Positions 1 through 9,077 of a DNA stretch of 38,422 nt are shown here, in pieces. The translations under genes were made by a program, and so were the position numbers. How positions within the stretch are numbered: position 1 is the first letter of the stretch; each line of letters opens with the position of its first letter. The notes beneath the pieces were generated by a model that saw only the letters and a program-made list of their open reading frames with translations, ran no database searches and had not been told where the DNA came from. Source of the DNA: Myxococcales bacterium (GTDB lineage: Bacteria > Myxococcota_A > Polyangia > Polyangiales > Houyiibacteriaceae); assembly GCA_009992505.1 (NCBI GenBank), contig JAACVI010000119.1:1-38422 (forward strand). Reading direction: 5' to 3'.

Positions 1-189
1 GATCCGCCTGATATTTCCCCGCGACGCTGCCCGCGCGGCTCCAGCCCCGCCTTCAGCGTCACCCCAGAACCCCAATGCGACGATTTGGGCCGTGGCCCTG
101 CCGACTTGCACGGGTCACTTCTCGCGTGCTACATGCGCCGCCCTTCCGGGTCGACACAGGTCCGTCCGGTCACGTGGAGTAGAAGAGTC

Positions 190-537
190 ATGAAGAAGTC
201 GCCGCTCGCCATCGTCAAGGACCGCTTTGGAGACGACCGCAAGGCCGCCAAGGCCAAGCTCGTCGCCGAAGTCACGGCCCTCACAGACGGCGGTCTGTGG
301 ATCGACCGTGTTGGGTCCAAGGGCCTGGAATTCGCGTCGAACAAGCAGCTGCTTCACCTCCACGACGTGCTCAGCCAGGTCAAGAGCGAGTTCGGCTCCC
401 GCGACAAGCTCGTCGGTGCCATCCTCGAGCTCGAGTCGCGCACCAAGGACGAGGGCTACAAGAGCCGCTTCGAGGCTTGGTCCACGCCGCGTCTGGTCGA
501 CTACCACAAGGCCGCCAAGAAGCGCGCCGCCAACTAG
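190..537 (+). CDS. conserved hypothetical small basic protein (115 aa)
   Basis: Tail of track ORF 85..537. ATG at 190 is preceded by GGAG at 175-178. From MKKSPLAIVKDRF onward the composition is ordinary and third positions are G/C-rich, whereas the 35 codons upstream are Arg/Pro/Ser-rich. No family recognised. Confidence 0.55.
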   Translation: MKKSPLAIVKDRFGDDRKAAKAKLVAEVTALTDGGLWIDRVGSKGLEFASNKQLLHLHDVLSQVKSEFGSRDKLVGAILELESRTKDEGYKSRFEAWSTPRLVDYHKAAKKRAAN

Positions 538-538
538 G

Positions 539-576
539 CTGCGTCTGGGGCTCGCGCCCCGAGCACGCAGTCTTCC
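539..576 (+). terminator. putative intrinsic terminator hairpin after the 190..537 gene
   Basis: ctgcgt(539-544) pairs with acgcag(565-570). An inner GC-rich arm ctggggc/gccccgag has one bulge. Followed by tcttcc, so the T-tract is weak. Confidence 0.4.
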
Positions 577-678
577 AGTCGAGGTCGCCAGCATTCCACG
601 CTGGGTGGGGGTTCCCCCTCCGCCTGGCTGCGGTTGCGCCCGGCGAACCTCTGGTGTTTCTTGGTGTCCTAGGGTTGG

Positions 679-1389
679 ATGCGGAACGTGAGCCAGGCTT
701 CTACTACCGATCTGCCAACCATTCCCGCGTCGGGCGTCGCGGAGCTGGGTGAGGACGGCCTCGATCCGGAGCTCGTCTTGCTGCACCAGCCGCCCGCTCT
801 GCGGCGTCACCTGACCCTGGGGTTGATGGCGCTCGTCGCCGCGGCCGCGATCATGCTGGTGATCACGCTGCGCCGGGACGTCGCGTACTTCTTCTCTCGT
901 CCCGAGGTGCAGGATCTGGGCGAGGCGTCGGGGCTCGATCCGTCGACCCTGGTGCCGAACACCTTCGTGCGCGTCGCGGGCACGCCGATGGCGAGCGAGA
1001 CCGTTCACTTCGGGCGCGTGCTCTTGGGCGGCGACTACGAAGTGTTCCCCCTCGCCGGGCAACGTCGCCTCTTCGTGCAGGTGCCCGCGCCGTCCGGGGG
1101 CGCACAGCCGACCTCGGCCCGCCGCGAATTCGCCGGGCGCCTGGTCACCCTGGGTCAGCTCGGGGCGCGCTACGCGAGCCTGCAGCGCTACCTGTCGACG
1201 AGCATGGGCATGCCCGTATCGGCCGACTCCTACCTCGTGCTCGCCGACGAGCCGCCCGTGAGCTACTCGTGGGCGCTCTGGCTCGGGCTGTTGGCGCTCT
1301 TCACCATCGTGGTGGACTTCTTCCTGCTGCTGCGTTGGTTTCGACCGCTGAGGATCGACCGCGTGCCGGAGCGCGCGAAGGCGGGCTGA
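679..1389 (+). CDS. hypothetical membrane protein (two predicted TM segments)
   Basis: ATG ORF of 236 aa. Hydrophobic stretches LTLGLMALVAAAAIMLVITL and WALWLGLLALFTIVVDFFLLL. Coding-like composition. No family recognised. Confidence 0.6.
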   Translation: MRNVSQASTTDLPTIPASGVAELGEDGLDPELVLLHQPPALRRHLTLGLMALVAAAAIMLVITLRRDVAYFFSRPEVQDLGEASGLDPSTLVPNTFVRVAGTPMASETVHFGRVLLGGDYEVFPLAGQRRLFVQVPAPSGGAQPTSARREFAGRLVTLGQLGARYASLQRYLSTSMGMPVSADSYLVLADEPPVSYSWALWLGLLALFTIVVDFFLLLRWFRPLRIDRVPERAKAG

Positions 1390-1398
1390 GCCGCGGCG

Positions 1399-2352
1399 TC
1401 AGTGGAAGAGCGCGAGGTAGCGCTCGATCAGCAGATCGCCGAAGAAGAGGAACTCCAACGCGCCGAGGGCCAGGAAGGGTCCAAAGGGGACCTTCATCGG
1501 CTCCGGCCCTTCGTGGGCTTCGTCCTCCTCGTCACCGTCCGTCTGGCCCTTGGCGTCGGCGACCACGTCGCTCTCGTTCGCATTCCTCGCCGGGTCCGGC
1601 GCATCATCGTCGCGCGACTGCGCGTCCTGTCCCAGAGGTCGCCCGGCGAGCATGCTGCCCAAGGTCACGGCGACGCCCTGGAACGCGCCCGCGACCAGGG
1701 CGAAGAGCGCACCGCGCCAGCCCAGGAAGGCGCCTATCGCCATCAGCAGCTTGGCGTCGCCCTCGCCCATGCCTCGGCGACCCGTGAGTCGCTCGTAGGA
1801 CCAGACGAAGACGAGCTGCACCATGAGGTAGCCGGCACCCGCGCCGAGCGCGGCGTTCTCGGCGCCGGGAACGTCGCGAAACACGGCGGTCGCCAGACCG
1901 AGGGCCGCCAAGGGCAGGCTGACCTCGTCGGGGATCTCCATGAACTCGAGGTCCACGAAGGTGGCGACCAACAGCCCGCCGGCGAGGGCGAAGTAGAGCA
2001 GGGTCTCGAGCGCGACGTGGCTCATCTCCGCGCCCGGACCCGAGCCGATGATCAGGCGCTCGGCCAGCGCCAGGCAGAGCACCCCGGATAGCACCTCGAC
2101 CATGACGTAGCGCGGGCTGATGCGTACGCCGCAGCAGGCGGCCTTCCCGCGCAGAAGCAGCCAGCTCAGGATCGGGATGTTGCGCCAGGGCGGGATCGGC
2201 GCGCCGCAGGCCGGGCAATGACTCGGCGGGCTGACGACGGAGAGCTCGCGTGGCCAGCGGTAGATCGCGACGTTGAAGAAGCTCCCCCAGATGGCGCCGA
2301 AGCCGAAGGCGAAGATGCGGATGAGAGACGCGGGGAGGTCGGTGGCGAACAT
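1399..2352 (-). CDS. pilD: type IV prepilin peptidase / N-methyltransferase (peptidase A24)
   Basis: N-terminal Cys cluster CPACGAPI...ACCG. Catalytic Asp contexts FMEIPDEV and GEGDAKLL. C-terminal PFGPFLALGA. These are the classical PilD/A24 signatures. Carries an unusual acidic insertion (see findings). Confidence 0.85.
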   Translation of the reverse strand: MFATDLPASLIRIFAFGFGAIWGSFFNVAIYRWPRELSVVSPPSHCPACGAPIPPWRNIPILSWLLLRGKAACCGVRISPRYVMVEVLSGVLCLALAERLIIGSGPGAEMSHVALETLLYFALAGGLLVATFVDLEFMEIPDEVSLPLAALGLATAVFRDVPGAENAALGAGAGYLMVQLVFVWSYERLTGRRGMGEGDAKLLMAIGAFLGWRGALFALVAGAFQGVAVTLGSMLAGRPLGQDAQSRDDDAPDPARNANESDVVADAKGQTDGDEEDEAHEGPEPMKVPFGPFLALGALEFLFFGDLLIERYLALFH

Positions 2353-2530
2353 CGTGCGGTCGGGCGTCGGGGGAAGGTGTGGGGTCGGCCCGCGCTCGAG
2401 CGAGGGCGTGGGGGGATGGTAGGGAGAGGACGTCTGCCTGGCGAGTTATTCCCGAAGCCGCTCGCATCTGCGCCACGCCGTCACCGCTTCGCGCTGTTCA
2501 GCCGGGTCGAGGGGGCTACACTCGGCCGTG

Positions 2531-3169
2531 ATGACCCGACGACAGCGCCCCGGACCCGAGCTGCCCGCGCACGCAGTGCTCGCGTCGGCCGCAGCGGCCC
2601 TGCCGTTGCCGCTGGTGGGAGACGCCCTCGGGCGCCTGGCCCGTGGCTCCGCCCTGCGTCGTGTGCTGCGTCGCCACGGCATGCGCTTCGGTCCCGGCGC
2701 ACGCTCCGAGCTCGCAGCCTTTCGCGTGGGCTCGACCCGACCGGGACTCGCCCTCGTGCTGGCGCGGGTGCCGGGTCTCCGGGCCGCCGGTCGGGTTCGT
2801 GCGGGCGTGGCCACCTGGGTCGCGGCGCGGCTGCTGGACCGTCACCTCGCGCGCGTGGACGCCGGCGCCATCCTCGACCTCGCGGAGGCGCATCGGCTGA
2901 GGCTGGCCCTGGACGCCTGCTTCGCCGAGGGACTCGGGCCCGAGGTCATCCGCCTGGCGCGCGAGCTCGCGAGCCTCTCCGGCCGGACTTTGGGCGCGCC
3001 TTTTCGGGATGACTTGGAGGGGCGCCCACCGCATCTTCGGGTCGTGGACACCTTGCTCGATGGACTGGCCGACCTGCCAGCCGACCTCTTCGCCGGCTTC
3101 GAGGCCCGCTTCGACGACGCCCTCTCGCCGCTCGATGCTCAGGACTCGCGCGAGGATCCGCGGACATGA
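2531..3169 (+). CDS. hypothetical protein, translationally coupled to proB
   Basis: GTG 2528 / ATG 2531 start. G/C-rich third positions throughout. Its TGA (3167-3169) overlaps the proB ATG (3166-3168) as ATGA. No family recognised. Confidence 0.5.
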   Translation: MTRRQRPGPELPAHAVLASAAAALPLPLVGDALGRLARGSALRRVLRRHGMRFGPGARSELAAFRVGSTRPGLALVLARVPGLRAAGRVRAGVATWVAARLLDRHLARVDAGAILDLAEAHRLRLALDACFAEGLGPEVIRLARELASLSGRTLGAPFRDDLEGRPPHLRVVDTLLDGLADLPADLFAGFEARFDDALSPLDAQDSREDPRT

Positions 3170-4260
3170 GCGCGCAGGCTCGAGCCGCCTTGAAGGAGAC
3201 GCGGCGCGTGGTGGTGAAGGTGGGCAGCCGCGCGCTGACCGAAGGCGAGGGACGCTTCGCGGCGCTGGCCTCGCAACTCGCGGGCGAACGACAGACTGGG
3301 CGTCAGTGCGTGCTGGTCTCCTCCGGCGCCATCGCCCTCGGTCGACGTCGGCTCGGCATGGCCCAGCGCCCGCAGAAGATCGCCCTGCTCCAGGCGGCCG
3401 CGGCGGCGGGACAGTCGCTGCTGATGCACGCATGGGAGGAGGCGCTCGAGCCCTTCGACGTGGGCGCCGCCCAGGTGCTCTTGACCCACGGGGACCTGGC
3501 CAATCGCGACAGCTTCCTGCGCGCGCGCGGCGCCTTCGACGCGCTGCTCGAGCTCGGGGCCCTGCCCATCGTGAACGAGAACGACACCGTGGCCGTGGAC
3601 GAGATCCGCTTCGGTGACAACGACCAGCTCGCGGCCATGGTCGCCACGCTGGTGGGCGCGGACCTCCTGGTGTTGCTGACCGACGTGGCGGGCCTGCTCG
3701 ACGCCGAGGGCAACGTCGTCTCGGCGGTGACCGATCCAGAAGAGGCGGCGCGCCTGGTGCGTCCTGCCGTGGGCGATGTGGGCACAGGCGGCATGGGCTC
3801 GAAGGTCGAGGCGGCGCGGCGGGCGACGCGCCGTGGTGTGCCCGTGATCCTCGCGCACGCAGCGGCGGCGAACGTGCTCACGCGCGTGCTCGCGGGAGAG
3901 CAGCTCGGGACGCTCTTCCTGCCCGAAGGCACCAAGCTGCCCAGCCGCAAGCATTGGATCGCCTACACGCTCACGCCGCGCGGCACGCTGCTGGTGGACG
4001 AGGGCGCCGCCACCGCGCTGAAGCTCGGTGGCAAGAGCCTCCTGCCCGCGGGCGTGGTGGGCGTGCGCGGGGACTTCGAAGCTGGGGACGCGGTGCGCGT
4101 GACCGACCTCTCCGGGCGCGAGCTTGCGCGTGGTCTCTCACGCTACGGGACGCGCGACGTCGCGCGCTTCGCCGGACAGCAGACGCGTGAAGGGGACGCG
4201 CGGTTGGGGCAGGTGGCCATCGGCGAGGTGATCCACCGCGACGATCTGGTGCTGATTTGA
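3166..4260 (+). CDS. proB: glutamate 5-kinase (with C-terminal PUA domain)
   Basis: VVVKVGSRALT..., VLVSSGAIALG, FGDNDQLAAMVA and GTGGMGSKVEAA motifs. C-terminal PUA-like region. Followed by proA. Confidence 0.95.
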   Translation: MSAQARAALKETRRVVVKVGSRALTEGEGRFAALASQLAGERQTGRQCVLVSSGAIALGRRRLGMAQRPQKIALLQAAAAAGQSLLMHAWEEALEPFDVGAAQVLLTHGDLANRDSFLRARGAFDALLELGALPIVNENDTVAVDEIRFGDNDQLAAMVATLVGADLLVLLTDVAGLLDAEGNVVSAVTDPEEAARLVRPAVGDVGTGGMGSKVEAARRATRRGVPVILAHAAAANVLTRVLAGEQLGTLFLPEGTKLPSRKHWIAYTLTPRGTLLVDEGAATALKLGGKSLLPAGVVGVRGDFEAGDAVRVTDLSGRELARGLSRYGTRDVARFAGQQTREGDARLGQVAIGEVIHRDDLVLI

Positions 4261-4354
4261 CCCGGAGGCAGCCGCAGCGCATGCCGTGCCTGACCTGGTC
4301 GCCCGTGCCGCGGGATCGACCTCGGCTCGGCCTGACGTGGTAGATTACGTGCGC

Positions 4355-5626
4355 ATGAAGGAATCCAGTGCGATCGAGGAGGAAGTGGCGGCGCTCGCTC
4401 GAGCGGCGAAGGCGGCCTCGCGACGCATGGCCAACGTGCCCACCTCCGTCAAGGACGCCGTCCTGCGGCGAGTGGCCGACGCACTCCTCGGCGACGCCCG
4501 AGCGACCATCCTCGAGGCCAACGCGCGCGACATGGCGGGCGGAGAGGAGCAGGGGCTGTCGAGCGCCATGCTCGACCGTCTGCGCCTCGACGGTGCGCGC
4601 CTGGACGGAATCGCCAAGGGGCTCGCGGACGTCATCGCCTTGCCCGATCCCGTCGGCGTCGAGCGCGAGAAGAAGACCTTGCCCAATGGCGTCGAGATCT
4701 CCCGCATGCGCGTGCCGCTGGGCCTCGTCGGGATCATCTACGAGTCGCGACCCAACGTGACCATCGACGCGGCCGCGCTCACGCTGAAGAGCGGCAACGC
4801 CGTGATCCTGCGCGGCGGCAAGGAGGCCTTCCAGAGCAACCGCGCCTTCGCTTCGGTCTTCGACCACGCCCTCGAGGCCGAAGGGCTGCCCCCGGCCGCG
4901 GTGACGCTCCTGCCCACCACCGACCGGCGCGCCACCCTGGCCTTGATTCAACAGACTGGCGTCGTGGATGTCGTGATCCCACGCGGCGGCGAAGGCCTCA
5001 TGCACTTCGTGAGCGAGAACGCGCGCGTGCCCGTGCTGCAGCACTTCAAGGGCGTGTGCCACGTGTACGTGGACGCCTCCGCCGACCTGACGATGGCCAC
5101 TCGCATCGTGCTCAACTCCAAGGTGCAGCGCCCCGGCGTGTGCAACGCGCTCGAGACGCTGCTGGTGGACGCCCGCGTGGCCGATGCGTTCTTGCCCGCG
5201 GTGGCGAAGGAACTCATCGCCGCCGGAGTCACCCTGCGGGGGGATGCCGCCGTGTGCGCGCGCGTGCCCCAGGCCGAGCCCGCGACGGACGCGGACTGGG
5301 ACACGGAGTATCTCGATCTCGTGCTCTCCATCGCGGTGGTGGACGGACTCGAGCCGGCGCTGGCCCACGTGGCGCAGCACGGTTCGGGCCACACGGAGTG
5401 CATCGTGACCGCGGACACGGAGCAAGCGGAGCGCTGGCTGCACGAAGTCGACGCCAGCCTGGTGCTGGTCAACGCGAGCACTCGATTCAACGATGGTGGG
5501 GAGCTCGGCCTCGGGGCCGAGATCGGAATCTCCACGACCAAATTGCACGCCTACGGCCCGATGGGCCTCGAGGAGCTCTGCTCGTCGAAGTGGGTAGGAC
5601 GTGGCACTGGGCAGATCCGCGGCTGA
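4355..5626 (+). CDS. proA: gamma-glutamyl phosphate reductase
   Basis: Track ORF 4286..5626. ATG at 4355 gives a typical-length ProA. Motifs IYESRPNVT, ILRGGKEA, CNALETLLV and STRFNDGGE. Confidence 0.95.
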   Translation: MKESSAIEEEVAALARAAKAASRRMANVPTSVKDAVLRRVADALLGDARATILEANARDMAGGEEQGLSSAMLDRLRLDGARLDGIAKGLADVIALPDPVGVEREKKTLPNGVEISRMRVPLGLVGIIYESRPNVTIDAAALTLKSGNAVILRGGKEAFQSNRAFASVFDHALEAEGLPPAAVTLLPTTDRRATLALIQQTGVVDVVIPRGGEGLMHFVSENARVPVLQHFKGVCHVYVDASADLTMATRIVLNSKVQRPGVCNALETLLVDARVADAFLPAVAKELIAAGVTLRGDAAVCARVPQAEPATDADWDTEYLDLVLSIAVVDGLEPALAHVAQHGSGHTECIVTADTEQAERWLHEVDASLVLVNASTRFNDGGELGLGAEIGISTTKLHAYGPMGLEELCSSKWVGRGTGQIRG

Positions 5627-5647
5627 GGCCGCGCGACATGAGGCAGA

Positions 5648-6067
5648 ATGAGCGAAGCGACAAAGCAACTGAGCGAGGACGAGGGGAGCGGCGAGGCGGA
5701 GGACAGCGCACGTCGGCTGGCCATGGCGATCGTCGAAGGCGCTATGGACAAGAAGGCGCTGTCCATCGAGATCATCGATGTGCGTGAGAAGGTGGATTAC
5801 ACCGACTACGTGGTCGTCATGAGCGGCCGCTCGGATCGACAGGTCGGCGCCATCGCCAAGGGCGTGCAGCAGCACGTGAAGCACACGCTCGGCGTGCACT
5901 GCCTCGGCGTGGAGGGCCTGCCCCAAGGGCAGTGGGCGCTCCTGGATTTCGGTGACGTCGTGGTCCACGTCTTCCACGAGGACACGCGCGGCTACTACGA
6001 CATCGAGTCGCTGTGGATGGACGCCGCACGCCTGCCCACGCCGCCGGACGAGACCGGCGCTCGTTGA
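5648..6067 (+). CDS. rsfS: ribosome silencing factor RsfS (iojap family)
   Basis: KKALSIEIIDVREKVDYTDYVVVMSGRSDRQV...WALLDFGDVVVHVFHEDTRGYYDIESLW is the RsfS/iojap core. Confidence 0.9.
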   Translation: MSEATKQLSEDEGSGEAEDSARRLAMAIVEGAMDKKALSIEIIDVREKVDYTDYVVVMSGRSDRQVGAIAKGVQQHVKHTLGVHCLGVEGLPQGQWALLDFGDVVVHVFHEDTRGYYDIESLWMDAARLPTPPDETGAR

Positions 6068-6071
6068 GTCG

Positions 6072-6512
6072 GTGAAGGTCATCCTCATCGCGGTGGGGCG
6101 CGTGAAGGAGCCTGGCTTGCGCGAGGCCGTCAACGACTACGTGGGGCGCATCGGGCGCTACCTGCCGATGGAGGAGATCGAGCTGAAGGACGCGCCCGAG
6201 GCCGAGCTCGAGCAGCGCTTCCTGCGACGCATCCCGCCGCGCAGTCGCGTCGTGGCGCTCGAGGTCGAGGGCAGGGCGCTGAGCTCACAAGGGCTGGCCG
6301 ACTACGTGGGCCGGGCGCAGGGAGACGGCGTCGGGGCGTTGGTGTTCCTGATCGGCGGCGCCTATGGGCTGCCGCCCGCCGTGCGCAAACAGGCTCACCT
6401 CGAGCTCTCGCTGTCCAAGATGACGCTGCCCCATCGCCTCGCGCGCCTCTTCCTGGCCGAGCAGATCTACCGTGCCTTCACCATCCTGCGCGGCGAGCCC
6501 TACTCGCATTAG
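6072..6512 (+). CDS. rlmH: 23S rRNA (pseudouridine1915-N3)-methyltransferase RlmH
   Basis: GTG at 6072 within track ORF 5952..6512, whose upstream part overlaps rsfS out of frame. VKVILIAVGRVKE..., FLIGGAYGL and MTLPHRLARLFLAEQIYRAF are the SPOUT RlmH signature. Confidence 0.9.
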   Translation: MKVILIAVGRVKEPGLREAVNDYVGRIGRYLPMEEIELKDAPEAELEQRFLRRIPPRSRVVALEVEGRALSSQGLADYVGRAQGDGVGALVFLIGGAYGLPPAVRKQAHLELSLSKMTLPHRLARLFLAEQIYRAFTILRGEPYSH

Positions 6513-6621
6513 AGCGCCCCGCGGTGGGCGCGCCGAGACTGGGTCGAAGAGGAAAGCGTCGACCGCGCAGCGTGTCGAAGAGGGCCGCGCAATCGCCGGC
6601 GGTTGAGACCGAAGACAGGGC

Positions 6622-7248
6622 ATGACCTCGTTTCGCGCCTCGTGGTCCGCGCTGCTCGACCTGCTCGCGCCGCCACGCTGCCCCGCCTGCGACTCCCTGG
6701 TCGAGCCTGGGCTCGAGGTCTTCTGCCAGGCCTGCGGACCTCTGATCGAGCCGCGCGTGCGTGGACCCGCGACGTACGTCTACGGCGGGCCGCTCGCGGA
6801 TGCCCTGAGGCGCTTCAAATACGGCGGCCATGTGGAGATCGCGCGTCCTCTCGGTGCGCTCTTCGCCGAGGCCGCGCACGCGCGTTACGCGGGGCGCGTG
6901 GATCATGTGGTCGCCATTCCGGCCGACTCCGGGCGACGTAGGGCGCGCGGCTACGACCCCACCTTGCTCCTGGCCGCGCCGGTGGCCAAGGCGTTGGGCG
7001 CTCGGCTCGCACCTCGGCTGCTCGTGCGCACGCGCGGCGGGCTGGCCCAAGCGAGTCTGCGACGCCGAGCACGCGAACAGAACGTGCACGGGCTCTTCGA
7101 GGCGAGGGAGCAGGCACGGGGACTTCGCATCTTGCTTCTCGACGACGTGCGTACGACCGGAGCCACGCTCCTGGAGGCGCGGCGCGCGCTCGCGCTGCAG
7201 CAGCCGACTGCGCTCTACGCGCTGGCCTTCGCCGCTGTGGAGGCGTGA
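6622..7248 (+). CDS. ComF-family phosphoribosyltransferase-domain protein
   Basis: N-terminal double CxxC (CPACDS...CQACG) and PRTase loop ILLLDDVRTTGATL, typical of the ComF/GntX family. Confidence 0.8.
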   Translation: MTSFRASWSALLDLLAPPRCPACDSLVEPGLEVFCQACGPLIEPRVRGPATYVYGGPLADALRRFKYGGHVEIARPLGALFAEAAHARYAGRVDHVVAIPADSGRRRARGYDPTLLLAAPVAKALGARLAPRLLVRTRGGLAQASLRRRAREQNVHGLFEAREQARGLRILLLDDVRTTGATLLEARRALALQQPTALYALAFAAVEA

Positions 7249-7344
7249 CGGGGCCTGCGAGGAGGTCGGATCACGCGTCGGGATCGGCCTTCGCCCGAGG
7301 CCCTGGCTTGCTTCACCCGTGACGCCCACGCATAACCGGTGCCC

Positions 7345-7836
7345 ATGGCCAAGAAGAAGCCAGACAAGCTGCCTCCGGGCGCCGACTTCCTGGTCTGCCG
7401 CAACCCCAAGGCGCGGCACGACTACGAAGTGGCGGAGACGTTGGAGGCCGGACTCGTGCTTCAGGGCTCCGAGGTCAAGAGCCTGCGCGCGCGGCGGGCG
7501 AGCTTGGAGGGCGCCTACGCGACCATCGACCACGAGGAGGCGTGGCTCCACAGCGCGCACATCGCTCCCTACGAGCAGGCAGGGCCGCACTTCGGGCATG
7601 AGCCGAAGCGGAAGCGAAAGCTGCTCCTGCATCGGCGCGAGATCGAGCGCCTCCGCGGTGCCCTGTCTCGACGCGGCTACACGCTGGTGGCGCTGTCTCT
7701 CTATTTTCGAGGTGGGCGCGCCAAGGTGGAGCTGGGGCTCGGTCGCGGTCTGAAGAAGGGCGATCAGCGAGAGAATCTGAAGGAGCAGGCCGATCAGCGC
7801 GAGACGCGTGACGCCATGCGGCGGGCCAAGGCATGA
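7345..7836 (+). CDS. smpB: SsrA-binding protein
   Basis: NPKARHDYEV...LQGSEVKSLR...KRKRKLLLHRREI...LSLYF..GRAKVELGLGRGKK-like core. ATG at 7345; an in-frame GTG at 7339 is an alternative start. Confidence 0.95.
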   Translation: MAKKKPDKLPPGADFLVCRNPKARHDYEVAETLEAGLVLQGSEVKSLRARRASLEGAYATIDHEEAWLHSAHIAPYEQAGPHFGHEPKRKRKLLLHRREIERLRGALSRRGYTLVALSLYFRGGRAKVELGLGRGLKKGDQRENLKEQADQRETRDAMRRAKA

Positions 7837-8114
7837 GCGGGTCCGCGGTCTGCGATGGAGTGGACGCGCGCCTGCTCGCCTTCGATGGGAAGTGGCTGGT
7901 GCTCGACGCGCCCCGCGCCTGGGCGCCGGGGAGTCCGATGGCGATCGTCGCTGACCTCGGCGGCGCCACGCATCGACTCGATGCGCGCAGCCTGGGGAGT
8001 CAACGCCAGGCCGATGGTCGCTTTCGCGTGAAGATGCGCATGGTGAGCTTGAGGCGGGCGAGTCGCGAGGCGCTGCTCGCCGTGCTGCCGACTACTGCAT
8101 CGCCGGCGGTCTGA
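7833..8114 (+). CDS. hypothetical small protein (93 aa)
   Basis: ATG overlaps the smpB stop as ATGA (7833-7836). Third positions are G/C-rich. No family recognised. The 3' end overlaps the convergent gene by 23 nt. Confidence 0.4.
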   Translation: MSGSAVCDGVDARLLAFDGKWLVLDAPRAWAPGSPMAIVADLGGATHRLDARSLGSQRQADGRFRVKMRMVSLRRASREALLAVLPTTASPAV

Positions 8115-9077
8115 CGATCGTCGCGCCCGCGGGCGGTGTGCCCACCAAGCCACGCAGGTTCTCCAGAGCCCAGCGGTCCAAGGGCCAGGGATCGCCGCAT
8201 ACGATCAGCGTGGCGTCGTCGGCCTGCGAGAGGATCTGCATGTTCACGCGCTGCGCATCGCCCGTGACCCGGGTGTGATCGACCGGATCGTCGTTGATCG
8301 CCGGGACGAGCTCCGCCAACTCGAACGTCAATCCTCCCACCATGGCCACGACCGCCATGCAGTCCTCGGGCGCGATGGAGGGCTCCAAGAGGTCGAGGTC
8401 GACCTCGACCGTGTCTGGGCTGAGGCTACGCGTGACGAAGCCGAGGCGTAGGCCTTCCATGGCCAGGGTTCGCGTCTCCACGTCTTCGTGCGGCGGGGGA
8501 GGCGCTCCCGACAGGTAGCGGCGGATGTTGTCCATCGCACGCGCGGGGACCTCGACCTCCTCGTCGCAGGTGTGAAACGCCACGCGCCGTGCGCGGAAGA
8601 GAGTGACCAGCTGGCTGCGCGGGAAGGCCCCGAACAGGCGCTCGGACCTCGCGGTCGAGCGGTAGACCACGTTGCCCAGCGGCAGACCTCGGTTGCTGGA
8701 GCGGGCCTCGAGCCAGTCGCAGCCAGCCAGCACGATCTCTCCACGGGGAGCCTCGATCGCGAGGGAGACGCTGTCGGCCGTGGCGGACGCGGCGCCGAGC
8801 AACAGACGCCCGTGGGGAAGCGGCACGGTGAGGCGACTCTCGAGCGTCTCGGGCGAGGGCGGCCGTGACTGGATGACGTCTCGGCCGTGTCGCCTGTGGT
8901 CGGATCCGTGTGTTGCGGCGTGCCGCCGCAGCTGATCAGCCAGGGGGCGGCGATCACTAGGGCGATGGCGCCCATCGGGCGCTGAGGCGAGGCGGAGGAG
9001 CAGCCGGGGGAGGAATGACGCCAGGAGCGTCGCGGGCGGAGCAATGGACGCGGCACTGTTGGAGGATGGTAGTTCAT
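8092..9077 (-). CDS. putative lipoprotein, reading frame disrupted near 8880 (frameshift, pseudogene or sequencing error)
   Basis: Frame A (ATG 9077, or ATG 8975) encodes a signal peptide with lipobox MGAIALVIAAPWLIS-C-GG and then degenerates into Arg/Pro/Ser-rich text. Frame B (track ORF 8092..9114) is protein-like only downstream of about 8880 (DVIQSRPPSPETLESRLTVPL...). An in-frame GTG at 8826 is the first canonical start in the protein-like part of frame B. Confidence 0.55.

Noticed and set aside
1-4. The window starts with GATC and is cosmid-sized, hinting at a Sau3AI-derived clone end.
   Set aside because: The other end does not finish in GATC. This has no biological meaning for the locus and is untestable from the sequence.
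85-189. N-terminal extension of the first ORF. Frame 1 is open from position 1, so the gene could enter from outside the window.
   Set aside because: The upstream translation is Arg/Pro/Ser-rich with mixed third positions. A GGAG-ATG pair at 175-192 gives a sensible start.
3971-6133. Very long shadow ORFs opposite recognised genes. Examples: 3971..6133(-), 14998..17094(-), 24567..26378(-), 26577..28502(-), 10651..11817(+), 37542..38369(-), 115..1062(-).
   Set aside because: They lie opposite genes with clear family signatures and are Arg/Gly/Pro/His-rich. They are the expected stop-poor antisense frames of high-GC coding DNA.
6514-6531. Hairpin gcgccc-cgcggt-gggcgc just after rlmH as a terminator.
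   Set aside because: Only a 6-bp stem and no T-tract. Could be a weak terminator, but the evidence is insufficient.
7249-8200. Looked for a tmRNA (ssrA) or tRNA gene near smpB, and across all intergenic gaps.
   Set aside because: No tRNA-like acceptor/T-arm (GGTTCGAATCC-type) sequence or cloverleaf-sized conserved block was found. The gaps are short and promoter-like.
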